This document shows, piece by piece, positions 50,271 to 60,086 of a DNA stretch of 64,000 bases. The DNA lies in assembly GCA_963674965.2 (NCBI GenBank), contig CAXXFL010000005.1, positions 704,001 through 768,000 of the forward strand. Reading direction: 5' to 3'. This DNA comes from a bacterium (GTDB lineage: Bacteria; RBG-13-61-14; DATKZS01). The notes beneath the pieces were generated by a model. The model had not been told where the DNA came from and ran no database searches. It was given only the letters and a program-made list of their open reading frames with translations. The stretch's first letter is position 1, and each line of letters starts with the position of its first letter. The translations under genes and the position numbers were made by a program.

Positions 50271-52331
50271 CTACCTGATGTAACCCAGCGCCTTTAATTC
50301 CCTTATCTTCTCGGGCGTTAGCTCTTTATCCGGCTTGGCGGGGGCCCTTTTGGGAACGGTTTTTATAAACTCGGTCGTGAGTAATCGGCCCCGTTTTCTT
50401 TCCTCTGGGTCCAGATAGATAAGGTTACTCACCTCGGCCGGGTCTTCGGCCACGTTGAAAAGCTCTTCTTCCTGGGTACCGAAGGTGACCACGAACTTGA
50501 ACTTGCCGAAGTAGGTCGCGAGCCGGCCCTTTTTGTCGTCCCGAAAAGCCATGGCCGCGGCGGCCCAAGGATAGGACGGCTCGGTCACGCGGCTCCCGGC
50601 GGCGTGCATTATCATGTAAAAAATCTTCGCGTTGTCCATCGTTTCGTTATTGTGGCCCGCGCCTAACGAGCCGGGACGCTTGACCATGAGCGGGATATTG
50701 ACAAGCTCGGGAAAGACCTCGGGAGGATGCATGAGACCGCCGCGCTCCCCGAGCAGCTCGCCATGGTCGGAAAGCACGATAATCATGGCGTCATCGAAAA
50801 GGCCCCGCTCATCGAGAGCGGCAAAGAGTCGGCCAAGCTCTCCGTCAAGATATCTTATCTCGGCGTCGTATGAAGACGCTAGATGGGCGCGCTCGATCTC
50901 GCTCAGTTCGCGGCCCTCCTCTTTGCATTTGCGGGCAAAGTCGGCCGGATCCAGGGAGGCCAATTCCGGTACCCGACCTGGAAAAAGGGAAGCCGTCTCA
51001 CCGGGCGGATAATAAGGCTGGTGCGCGTCCATGTAGTTAAGGAATAAAAAGAAAGGCCGGTCCTTATCCAGCGAGTCCAGCCAGGTGAGGGCCTTTTTAT
51101 TGACCTGGCCGGCGCGCATGTAGGTGGTCTTGAAAATAAATAAAAAATCCGCCGACTCTCGAGGCTGGAGCTTTTCCACCACGAAGTTGGAAAGATGGAA
51201 ATGAGCGTCCGATCCCAAAAAGAACGGGTTGTGCTGGTCGTTGAAATACTCGAACCCCTGGTCCATATTATGGTTCCTGCCCGCCAAAAGATAATTGGCC
51301 GACACCGCGCCGCTCCGGTAACCCAGTCCGCCCAGCCTCTCGGCCAGGGTATCGAAGTCCATGGCCAAGGACGGCCAGCCCGGTCCGCCGCCGGGCACGT
51401 TATAAGAGCCGTGAGAAATGGGATACAGGCCGGTGAACATGGAGGCGTGTGAGGGGAGGGTCCATGAAGCCACCGACTCGGCGCGCTCGAATACCTCAGA
51501 TTTTTTCGCGAAGTCCGAAAGGTTGGGGGAGGTATCGAGACTATAACCGAAAGTCGAGAGGTGGTCTCTTCGTACCGTGTCCAGCACGATGAGGATGATA
51601 TTGGGCCGGCCTTTACCCGCCGGTTCGCTTGCCTTGGCCGTAACGGAAGGCGAGGAATCGTAATAAAGCGCCCGACCGCCGCCGAGGTGTATGGCCGCGA
51701 TCAGAGCGATCAGGATAAAAACGGCCAGGGCGTCCGCTTTGAAGGAGGGCCGAAGCCTCGAGCGCGACAGCGAAAGCGCGCCGAGGGATAATGAAAGCTG
51801 GAGCGCCTGGGCGGCGAAATGGAAAGGCTCGGGATACACGAACCGCTCGGGGCACATGATGGCCCAGCAGGGAACGACGATAAAGAGCGCGGCAAAGACG
51901 GCCGCGGGGGTCTTGCCCGCGAACCATTCTCCCCTCACGGCCAGCCAGGATACCAAATATACGATAAAGCAGCCGATCGTAAGAATGGGCACAAGCTGAA
52001 AGCTCAACATGCCCAGCAAGGAAAAAAACATCGCCACCAGGCAGGATAGGGCCGCGCCAATAAGCAGGAAAAGCTGGACCGCGAACTTGTCGCCTTTTTT
52101 CATCGCCGCGGCTTTGATAAGTAAATGCCCGAACAGCCCGGTCAGGAAAAGGGTCATGACGTAAGGCGCGATCGAAATCAGTTGAAGCCGGCGCTCCTCC
52201 TTCCAGAGTACGGCCGTCTGGTCGATAAGGAAAAGAAAAAGACCCGGCACGAGCATAAAAAAAGCCGCCCGCCCCAGCTCGAGCGCCCCGGCCCTGGCGG
52301 GCGCGTCATCTTGATGATCTTTCCATGACAT
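50271..52331 (-). CDS. Membrane-anchored sulfatase/alkaline-phosphatase superfamily protein
   Basis: N-terminal TMs; PNIILIVLDT.R.D, WTLPSHASMFTG, D.H.PY, SDHGE, L.ALGYI. Confidence 0.88.
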   Translation of the reverse strand: MSWKDHQDDAPARAGALELGRAAFFMLVPGLFLFLIDQTAVLWKEERRLQLISIAPYVMTLFLTGLFGHLLIKAAAMKKGDKFAVQLFLLIGAALSCLVAMFFSLLGMLSFQLVPILTIGCFIVYLVSWLAVRGEWFAGKTPAAVFAALFIVVPCWAIMCPERFVYPEPFHFAAQALQLSLSLGALSLSRSRLRPSFKADALAVFILIALIAAIHLGGGRALYYDSSPSVTAKASEPAGKGRPNIILIVLDTVRRDHLSTFGYSLDTSPNLSDFAKKSEVFERAESVASWTLPSHASMFTGLYPISHGSYNVPGGGPGWPSLAMDFDTLAERLGGLGYRSGAVSANYLLAGRNHNMDQGFEYFNDQHNPFFLGSDAHFHLSNFVVEKLQPRESADFLFIFKTTYMRAGQVNKKALTWLDSLDKDRPFFLFLNYMDAHQPYYPPGETASLFPGRVPELASLDPADFARKCKEEGRELSEIERAHLASSYDAEIRYLDGELGRLFAALDERGLFDDAMIIVLSDHGELLGERGGLMHPPEVFPELVNIPLMVKRPGSLGAGHNNETMDNAKIFYMIMHAAGSRVTEPSYPWAAAAMAFRDDKKGRLATYFGKFKFVVTFGTQEEELFNVAEDPAEVSNLIYLDPEERKRGRLLTTEFIKTVPKRAPAKPDKELTPEKIRELKALGYIR

Positions 52332-52432
52332 CGTGGCTCACAGGTATCATAAGGCGAAAATCTTGTCAAAGCATTAAGTAACGCCGATATAGATAAGCCG
52401 AGTCCGTTTACGAGCCGGCGTCGAGTCCGCGT

Positions 52433-53245
52433 CTATTTCTGGGCCGAGGCCATTCGGGCCAGGGCGGCTATGGGCCCGCCGGCCAGCTCGTGGCGGAACT
52501 CCTCGCCGAACTCGAAGCCCGCCTTTTTGCCGACCTCGGCGTCGTGGGACTTGACGTATATCTCGAGAAGCGGCTCGTAGTTTTCCCGGTCCAGTTGAGC
52601 GACCATCTCCTCGTCCGCGCCCGCCGCCAAAAGGGAGAGCCTTAAATCGTCCACGGTGAGCTTCATCTGGGAATCGTGCGCGCAAAGGGCCTCGATCTTT
52701 TTGCCGACGTATTTCGTGGTGTCGACTATTTTGTTGGCGTGGACCGGGTGCTTGGCGAAAAAATACTGCTCGCTCACGAGGTGGGGTTTGAGCCCTTCCT
52801 TTTCATGCTCGGGATGGAAAAGGGGAAAGTGGGAGAAGCCGATCGCCTCGACCGCCGCCATGGCGACCTGACGGTGGTCCTGATGTGACTCGAAGGGCGC
52901 CCAGGGGTCGAAGGTCATGACCGTCTTGGGCCTGTACGTCCTGATCAGCCGGATGAACTTCTCCCGCAACTCGTTCAAGGACACGTCGGCCAGGAAACCG
53001 TCGGGATAATCGAGGAAAACCACGTCCTTCTTCCCGATAATGCGCGCCGCCGCCCGGGCCTCGTCCCTGCTCTGGGGTATGATTTGATCGGGAGTCAGCT
53101 CGAAGGTCCCGCGCTCGTTGTTGGTGGCGATCACCTCGACCACCTCGCGGCCCTCGGCCGCCATTCTGGCGACGGTCCCGCCCGCCAGAAACTCCGTGTC
53201 GTCGGCGTGAGCCACGAGGATCAATACTCCGTTTTTAAGTTCCAT
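52433..53245 (-). CDS. PIG-L family deacetylase
   Basis: AHADD, R.E...AA, LDYPDG, HQDH, H.SQ; true start ATG 53245. Confidence 0.9.
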   Translation of the reverse strand: MELKNGVLILVAHADDTEFLAGGTVARMAAEGREVVEVIATNNERGTFELTPDQIIPQSRDEARAAARIIGKKDVVFLDYPDGFLADVSLNELREKFIRLIRTYRPKTVMTFDPWAPFESHQDHRQVAMAAVEAIGFSHFPLFHPEHEKEGLKPHLVSEQYFFAKHPVHANKIVDTTKYVGKKIEALCAHDSQMKLTVDDLRLSLLAAGADEEMVAQLDRENYEPLLEIYVKSHDAEVGKKAGFEFGEEFRHELAGGPIAALARMASAQK

Positions 53246-53276
53246 GGTTTTCCCCCTTTTTCGAGAAGGTAAATGG

Positions 53277-54809
53277 TTAGGGCGCGCCGGCCCTGGGCCT
53301 GATGGTAAGAGAGCCGTCCGGTCCCATGGGCAGCTCGACGAAGCCGTCCCTTTTAGTATAAGCGAAGACGCGGGCGCCGGTGAAGTCGAAGTCGGGCCGA
53401 GGCGAGAAGAGGTACTCCTTTCCCGCTCTCCGAATGTCGTAAGCCTGGCGGTCCACGAAAACGGGCAGGTCCGGATTCTCGTAAAGCGCCTTGATCCCGA
53501 AGTAGGAGGGGTCTCCATGGGTCCGTATGTCGGTGAGAAGTATGACCTTGGCCCAGGGCTCGAGGGCGGGATACCTCTTCTTCATGCCAAGGTGTATCTG
53601 GCGCGTGGCCCTGGCCGCGTTCATGATGAAGTCGTCGCGCATGTCGGCGCGGTGATTGTAGCCTCCGGCGACGAACAGAATAACCACGTATCCGAGCGCC
53701 AGCGCCCTCGCGGACTTTTGACCGAGCCTTGAGAGAAGATTGTCCAGGCCCAGCCCAACCGACCAGTAAACACCGATGGACGCGAGATGAATGTAATACG
53801 GGTATGAGCGCTTGGTAATGGGCAAAAACATGGACATGCCCAGGCCGAACCAAACCAGGCCGAGAAATACCGGGCGCGGAAAAGACCTCTTCTTGACCGC
53901 GGCCACCACGAGAGCGATCAGGGAAACCAGCGCGGCCAGAGTGTAAACGTACCAGTGATTCTCCCTGCCCAGGGGCGGGGACCCCAGCGAGACGAACAGG
54001 TCCGTCATGTACTCGTCGAAATGGCGAAACACGTGGGATCCCATAAGGCTCATCTCGTAGTCTCCGCCCCCGGGAGGAGGCATTAAGGAGAAGCGAAGGA
54101 CAAGGTATATAATCATGATCGCGTCAAAGGACGCGTGTCTCCAAAGCCTTTGCCGGATGATTTGGGAAACGCGCTTTCCGCCGGACATGCCCTTGGCCAG
54201 ATCGTAAATCCAAAGCCAGACGGGTATCCATATGGCCGACTCCTTGGCCAGAAGCGACGCGCCGTAAAGGAGGGAAGCCGCGGCCAATAGCCAGCCCCCG
54301 GAGCGCCCGCCGCTCTCCTCCTTTCGGTCATGACCAAGAAAAAGGATAACCGAGCCCAGGGCGAGAAGCGCGAGTCCCACTTCCTGAATGCCGGAGATAA
54401 AGGCGATGGGCAAAAAGTTGATGGGCGCCAGGGCGTAAATAAGGCCCGCCCAGGCGGCGGCCCGCTCGTTTCCCGTGATCGCGCGGGAAATTTTCATGAC
54501 CAGAAAAATACATCCCAGGTAGATGGCCATGTTGGCAAGATGGAAGGGGAGAGCGTTCAGGCCGAAGACCTCGTGCATGATCTTGAAGTAAACGTATTGA
54601 GTAAGGGGCCTGTAAAAGAGCCTTCCCTCCGCGGTGGGGTCGAAGGCCCAGCCGATGCCCCTGGTCATGGTCTTCTCGATGCACCACAGGTCGTCGGCCA
54701 CGAAGTAGACGAAGCAGACCGAGACGGTCAGCCCCAGCCAGGCCGCGATAGCGGCGGCCGCAAGGACCTTCGCGTCGGGCCGGGTCCGGCCGGCGTCGCC
54801 CGTTATCAT
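53277..54809 (-). CDS. GT-C-like membrane protein (paralogue B)
   Basis: ADD after TM1, YRPL, FH..N, AKESA, RSYPYY. Confidence 0.75.
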   Translation of the reverse strand: MITGDAGRTRPDAKVLAAAAIAAWLGLTVSVCFVYFVADDLWCIEKTMTRGIGWAFDPTAEGRLFYRPLTQYVYFKIMHEVFGLNALPFHLANMAIYLGCIFLVMKISRAITGNERAAAWAGLIYALAPINFLPIAFISGIQEVGLALLALGSVILFLGHDRKEESGGRSGGWLLAAASLLYGASLLAKESAIWIPVWLWIYDLAKGMSGGKRVSQIIRQRLWRHASFDAIMIIYLVLRFSLMPPPGGGDYEMSLMGSHVFRHFDEYMTDLFVSLGSPPLGRENHWYVYTLAALVSLIALVVAAVKKRSFPRPVFLGLVWFGLGMSMFLPITKRSYPYYIHLASIGVYWSVGLGLDNLLSRLGQKSARALALGYVVILFVAGGYNHRADMRDDFIMNAARATRQIHLGMKKRYPALEPWAKVILLTDIRTHGDPSYFGIKALYENPDLPVFVDRQAYDIRRAGKEYLFSPRPDFDFTGARVFAYTKRDGFVELPMGPDGSLTIRPRAGAP

Positions 54810-56374
54810 TTCTCGTTCCCGCCGCTTTTATCGCCGTCGCGAAACACGGGGAAAAACATTGTGCCGTCGGGGCTGATCCGGCTTTCGGTCAGGCCGCCGT
54901 CCATGGCGTAGGAAAAGAACATGGCCCCCGTATAATTGAAGTCGTCCCTGACCAGGAACCGGATTTCGTTCTCCCGCTCCTCCACGATAAAAGCCTGCTC
55001 GTCGGAATAAACCCTGATCCTTGGGTCCCCGTACAAGGCCCTGACGCCGTAAAGGGCCGGATTCTTTCCCAGCCGAAGGTCGCTGGACATGATGATCCTC
55101 GAGCCAGGCTTAATGGACGGCCTCAGCTTCCGCATCTCCTGGTGCATGATCCGCGCGTGACGCGCCGCGGCCGCTATGTATTCGTTTTCCCGCTGCTCCC
55201 GGTCCCGGTATATTCCCTGGCCCAATATCAGCGCCGCGTACGCGACAAGGGCGAACAAGGCTGGAGTCTTGGCCAGCCGGGCCCTCGCCGCGGCCGCGAG
55301 GTATCCGGCGGTCCAGAAAAACCCCATGGAAGCGAAGGAGACGTAGTAAGGATATGACCGGCCTTTCAGAGGCAGAAAGACCAGAACGCCGAGCCCGAAC
55401 CAGGCAAGTCCCAAAAGGGCCTCCTGGGGAAAGGACCGGCGCTTGTAATAAAGCCAGGAGGAAAGTCCGGCAAGGCCAATGATAAATGCAAGGGCGTGAA
55501 TAAAGTCGTGGGCGCCGCGAGCCGTGCCGGGAACGCCAACCGCCATGAAGACGTCGTGGACGTAGTTGTCCAGGTTATGGACCGGATGGAGGCCGAAGAC
55601 GGACGCCGCGTAATCCTCGTTTGAGGGAGCGGGCAGCCAGATGATTCGGTAGGCGACGTAAAGCGCCAGGACGGCGTCGTAGGCAAGGTGCGTTTTCCAG
55701 ACCGACTTGATGGCGTCCAATAGCCCGGTCCCGTCCCGGCTCCTCGATTTCAAGTGATATATCCAGAGCCATGCGGGAAGCCAAAGGGCCGACTCCTTGG
55801 CCAAAAGAGATAATCCGAAAAAAAGGGGACCCAGGGCCGCCGCGATCCACCGTCTAGGGGCGCTCCCGTCCTCGCTTTTGATCCTCGCCAGAAAGCAAAG
55901 CGCGGCGGCGCAGGCGAGGGTCGTCATCATCACGTCCTGCACGCAGGAGACCCAGTAATAAATCCTGAAATTGAAGGGAGCGGCGACGAAGAACAAAAGG
56001 GCCCAGAGTGAGGCCTCGCGTCCGCGGGTTAATCTTTTCCCGATATGGTAGAAAAGGACCAGATTGAGTCCCGTCAAAAGAGCGTTGATCCCGTGAAAGC
56101 CCGGCGGGAAAAATCCGAAGAGCCTATAGGCGATCCTGAAATAAAGGTCGCGGCTGAGAGGCCTGAAAAATTCGTCGATCGGCCTGAACGGATTCAGCGC
56201 GTCGCCGAGCCTCACGTCCATAATCCGCTCGAGGAAAATGAAGTCGTCCGTGGCGAAGTACGTTCCCGCCGAGAAATAAACGATCATGGCAAAGAAGAGG
56301 GCAATGGCCGCCAAAAGAACGGCCAGGCCGGCCCTTGATTCCGTCGCCCCTTGAATTTCTTTCGCTTCTTCCAT
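54806..56374 (-). CDS. GT-C-like membrane protein (paralogue A); start may be 56422
   Basis: TDDF, FRPL, FH..N, AKESA, RSYPYY. Confidence 0.75.
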   Translation of the reverse strand: MEEAKEIQGATESRAGLAVLLAAIALFFAMIVYFSAGTYFATDDFIFLERIMDVRLGDALNPFRPIDEFFRPLSRDLYFRIAYRLFGFFPPGFHGINALLTGLNLVLFYHIGKRLTRGREASLWALLFFVAAPFNFRIYYWVSCVQDVMMTTLACAAALCFLARIKSEDGSAPRRWIAAALGPLFFGLSLLAKESALWLPAWLWIYHLKSRSRDGTGLLDAIKSVWKTHLAYDAVLALYVAYRIIWLPAPSNEDYAASVFGLHPVHNLDNYVHDVFMAVGVPGTARGAHDFIHALAFIIGLAGLSSWLYYKRRSFPQEALLGLAWFGLGVLVFLPLKGRSYPYYVSFASMGFFWTAGYLAAAARARLAKTPALFALVAYAALILGQGIYRDREQRENEYIAAAARHARIMHQEMRKLRPSIKPGSRIIMSSDLRLGKNPALYGVRALYGDPRIRVYSDEQAFIVEERENEIRFLVRDDFNYTGAMFFSYAMDGGLTESRISPDGTMFFPVFRDGDKSGGNEK

Positions 56375-56589
56375 AACCCGCTCTCGCCGGACGCGAACCC
56401 GCGCTCCGTCCGGACATGCCATAATATATCAACAAGCGCCGTCCGCATAAAGGAAGGGGAGCGTTTGGATTATGGCGGCGCTCGTGTCAGATTATACTTG
56501 GGGTTTACACGGGCGCCCGGGGCGTTGTAAACTTATGATTTAACGGGCGTAGAAAACCATCCAAGAAAAGAATTTTTCAGGAGGTATAA

Positions 56590-57459
56590 ATGGCTTTGTC
56601 AAGGGGCGCGCGCTGGGCGCTTGTTTTTCTAACGGGTCTTGTCTTTGCTACCACGCCCACGGTTTCGGACGAGACCAAGACCTATCGTCCCGAGGGCGCT
56701 CGGGGCGGAGTAATGGTGTCGGTGCCGGAGGGCGAGTACTACGTGGGTTGCAACCGCCGTCGTGACAGGCACTGCGACGCCGACGAAAACCCCTACCACA
56801 AGGTCAAGCTCGACGCCTATTATATAGACCAGTACGAGGTCACCATCGCCCAGTACCGGGAGTGCGTGGAGGAAAAGGTTTGCCGCGCTCCCAAGGAGTA
56901 CAGCGACTTTGACGCCGACGACCAGCCCGCGGTGGGGGTCTCATGGAACGACGCCACGACCTATTGCGAGTGGGCGGGCAAGCGTCTTCCCACCGAGGCG
57001 GAATGGGAGCAGGCGGCCCGTGGACCGGACGGGAACGTTTATCCCTGGGGAAACTATAACTGCGGCTGCGAGTGCGCGGTCCAGGAGGAAAGGCAACTTT
57101 ACGGGTGCGGCAAGGACTCGACCCTCCCGGTGGGGACCGCCAAAAAAGGACAAAGCCCTTACGGGACCTACGACCAGGCGGGAAACGTCTGGGAATGGGT
57201 GTACGACTGGTACGACCCCAAATACTTCGCGAACTCCGAGACGGAAAACCCGAAGGGACCAGAGACGGGAGAGAAGAAGGTCCGCAAGGGAGGAGGGTTC
57301 GCCAACGTGAAAAACTATCTTCGGACCTCGGACAGAAGCCCGGCGCCCCCGGAGATGCTGTCCAATTCCACCGGCTTCCGCTGCGCCAAGACGGCGCCAC
57401 CCGAGCCGGAGGAAAAGGCCGGGGAGATCGAGAAGCCAGAGGCCGGGGAAAACAAGTAG
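56590..57459 (+). CDS. Secreted FGE-sulfatase (SUMF1-like) domain protein
   Basis: YEVT, VSW.DA..YC.W.GKRLPTEAEWE.AARG, AGNVWEW, GFRC. Confidence 0.9.
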   Translation: MALSRGARWALVFLTGLVFATTPTVSDETKTYRPEGARGGVMVSVPEGEYYVGCNRRRDRHCDADENPYHKVKLDAYYIDQYEVTIAQYRECVEEKVCRAPKEYSDFDADDQPAVGVSWNDATTYCEWAGKRLPTEAEWEQAARGPDGNVYPWGNYNCGCECAVQEERQLYGCGKDSTLPVGTAKKGQSPYGTYDQAGNVWEWVYDWYDPKYFANSETENPKGPETGEKKVRKGGGFANVKNYLRTSDRSPAPPEMLSNSTGFRCAKTAPPEPEEKAGEIEKPEAGENK

Positions 57460-57497
57460 CGCGACATGAGCCGGCCGCGGGGCCGGGGGAGGAATAA

Positions 57498-58619
57498 ATG
57501 GAAGACGTCCTTCGACAATCGGCCGTTCTCCAAAACGAGCTCGTCAAGGGCTGGAAGGAGAAAGGCGGCAAAGTGGTGGGCTACACCTGCACGGCCACGC
57601 CCGTGGAGGTCCTCGAGGCCGCCGGCCTTCTGCCCTACCGGATAAGGGCCCTTGGGTCCTCCGAGACCGAGATGGCCGACGCCAGGCTCTCCCGGTTCAA
57701 CTGCAGCTTTTGCCGGTCATGTCTCCAACTCGGGTTGAACGGCTCCTACGACTTCCTCGACGGCATGATCGAGACCAACGGTTGCGACCACCTGCGGGGT
57801 ATGATCGAGAACTGGGAGCGGGCCAAGGGTTTCGGTTTTTTCCATTACCTCAAGGTCCCCCACGTGGTGGACGAGGACTCGATACCCTACTTCGTCGAGG
57901 AACTGCGCATTTACAAGAGGGCCGTCGAGGACCACTTCGACCAGGCCATCTCGGACGAGGCCTTATGGGACCGGATTCAAGCCCGGGACAGGATCGGCGG
58001 AAAGCTAAGGGCCATCTACGACCTGCGCGAGCGCGAGAAGCCGGGCATAACCGGGGCCGAGGCCCTGTCCGTTTTTTTGTGGGCCACGGCCGTTCCTTCC
58101 CAGGCCCTCGAGGATGCCCTTGACTCGATCATCGAGCAAAGGAAAGACCACCGGATCGAAAACTGCCGCGCCCGGCTTCTTCTCGGCGGGGCGGCCACGG
58201 ACGAGGTTGACTTCGTAAGGGAGATCGAGAGCCTGGGGGCCCTGGTGGTGACCGACGCCCTTTGCTACGGGGCCCGGGCCTTCATGCCAAGGATAGAATC
58301 CTCGCCCGGCGGCGACCCTTTTAAGGCCATGGCCGAGTCCTATTTCGAGAAGCTCCTTTGCCCCCGCATGTTCGACGACTTCGCCTCCCGCAGGGACTTC
58401 GTCTTCAAGGCGGTGAAGAGGGCAAAAGTCGACGGGGTGGTGCTCGTGCACAACAAGTTCTGCGACGTTCACGGAGTTGACAACGTGGCCCTCCGGATGG
58501 CCCTCGAGAAGGCGGGCGTGCCCGTGCTTCAGCTCGAGAAGGAATACGGGGCCAAGGCCGACCTGGGCAGGATGAGGACCAGGTTTCAGGCCTTCCTGGA
58601 AAGGATCGAGGGAGATTGA
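57498..58619 (+). CDS. 2-hydroxyacyl-CoA dehydratase / benzoyl-CoA reductase family subunit (BcrC/BzdN-like)
   Basis: P.E...AAG, CSFCRSC, CDH, KFCD, TR.QAFLE. Confidence 0.88.
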   Translation: MEDVLRQSAVLQNELVKGWKEKGGKVVGYTCTATPVEVLEAAGLLPYRIRALGSSETEMADARLSRFNCSFCRSCLQLGLNGSYDFLDGMIETNGCDHLRGMIENWERAKGFGFFHYLKVPHVVDEDSIPYFVEELRIYKRAVEDHFDQAISDEALWDRIQARDRIGGKLRAIYDLREREKPGITGAEALSVFLWATAVPSQALEDALDSIIEQRKDHRIENCRARLLLGGAATDEVDFVREIESLGALVVTDALCYGARAFMPRIESSPGGDPFKAMAESYFEKLLCPRMFDDFASRRDFVFKAVKRAKVDGVVLVHNKFCDVHGVDNVALRMALEKAGVPVLQLEKEYGAKADLGRMRTRFQAFLERIEGD

Positions 58620-60052
58620 ATATGGACGTGAAATCAAAAGGACTCGTCAATAGCCTGCTGCCTCGCCTGGCCGTGGCCCAGTACGTTCCCACTCCCATTC
58701 TGGCCAAGGCCGGTCCCTTGCTGGCGTCCCTCAAGATCGGGCCGCCCGCGATGCAGGCCGCGCTGTCCGGGCTCTTCAGCCCTCAAGCGGGAGAGGCCAC
58801 GGTCCCGTTTCTGAAAATGATATCGACCTGGGTCCTGAACGCCCGCAGGGCGGCCAAACAGGGCAAGAAGGTCTTCCTGGTGCCCTTCAACTTTCCCTGC
58901 GAGATTATCCACGCCTTCGAGGGGGCCGAGCCGCTTACCAGCGAGGTCCTTTCGACCTTCGGTGTGGTGGCCCTGCCCGAGCAGGGCGAGGAATACTGGG
59001 ACATGGCCATGGCCCTGGGACTTCCCGACCATATGTGCTCGGCCAACACCATCGAGCTTGGCTCGATGCTGGGCAGCGCGGACTTCAAACCCCAGGCCAT
59101 CATCTCGTCGGCCCCCGGCGGCTGCGACGTGAACTCGAAGATTCACGAGTTCGTGGCCCATTACCTGGACATACCGCACTTTTTCCTCCAGAAGCCCCCC
59201 GACGACGGCGGCCGGGGCCGGGCCCAGTACAACGTTTATATGCGCGGCCTCATCCGTCGCCTCGAGGACTTCATCGGGGAGAAGCTAAGTGAGGACCGGC
59301 TGAGGTCGGTTCTGACCAAGGCCAACAGGTGCACCGAGCTTTATTACGAGCTTTTCGACCTGCAAAAGGCCGTTCCCTGCCCGGTGCCGAATATTTTTTC
59401 GCTATTCCTTTACGGCGTAAGGTTCACCATGTGGGGGACGGACGAGGGAATCAAGGCGCTCGAGGCCATGGTCAAGGTCTCGCGGGAGCGCCTGGCCAGG
59501 AAGGCCTATCCGGCGGAGAAGGAGATAGCCCGCTGCGTCTGGGCCTACACCAGCTATTATTACGACCTTTACGGTCTTTTCGGGTGGATGGAGGAAAAGG
59601 GCTACTCCCATTTGGGGGACGGGCTCGACCTTTTCTTTCCCCGCATGGTTGATACGTCCAGTATGGACTCGATGATCGAGGGCCTGGCCGAGTCGGCCTG
59701 GAACATGCCCATGACCCGCCAGGTGGGCGCGGAGTCCATGTCCCGCTCCTGGACCGAGGACGTGATATGGGCGGCCCGGGAATTGAACGCCGACTGCGTG
59801 ATCTACTGCGGCCATCACTCGTGCAAGCAGACCTGGAGCGTGGTGTCCATTTTGCGCGAGGAGCTGATGGACAGGCTGGGCATGCCGATCCTGATATTGC
59901 AGGGAGACTCGTGGATCAAGCGCATGACGCCCATGAGCGTGCTCCAGGAGGAGATCGACGAGTTCGTCAAGAACGTGGTGGCCAAGAAGTCCACGCCCAA
60001 GCGCAGCCTTAAAAAACGCCGCCAAAAAAGGATGGAGGAGATGGACTCCTGA
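58616..60052 (+). CDS. 2-hydroxyacyl-CoA dehydratase / benzoyl-CoA reductase family subunit (BcrB/BzdO-like); start may be 58622
   Basis: P.EI, CS, GCD, SCK, GMP.L.L.GD. Confidence 0.82.
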   Translation: MNMDVKSKGLVNSLLPRLAVAQYVPTPILAKAGPLLASLKIGPPAMQAALSGLFSPQAGEATVPFLKMISTWVLNARRAAKQGKKVFLVPFNFPCEIIHAFEGAEPLTSEVLSTFGVVALPEQGEEYWDMAMALGLPDHMCSANTIELGSMLGSADFKPQAIISSAPGGCDVNSKIHEFVAHYLDIPHFFLQKPPDDGGRGRAQYNVYMRGLIRRLEDFIGEKLSEDRLRSVLTKANRCTELYYELFDLQKAVPCPVPNIFSLFLYGVRFTMWGTDEGIKALEAMVKVSRERLARKAYPAEKEIARCVWAYTSYYYDLYGLFGWMEEKGYSHLGDGLDLFFPRMVDTSSMDSMIEGLAESAWNMPMTRQVGAESMSRSWTEDVIWAARELNADCVIYCGHHSCKQTWSVVSILREELMDRLGMPILILQGDSWIKRMTPMSVLQEEIDEFVKNVVAKKSTPKRSLKKRRQKRMEEMDS

Positions 60053-60086
60053 CGCGGCCGGAAGTAATCGAAAGGGAAAGTATCGC

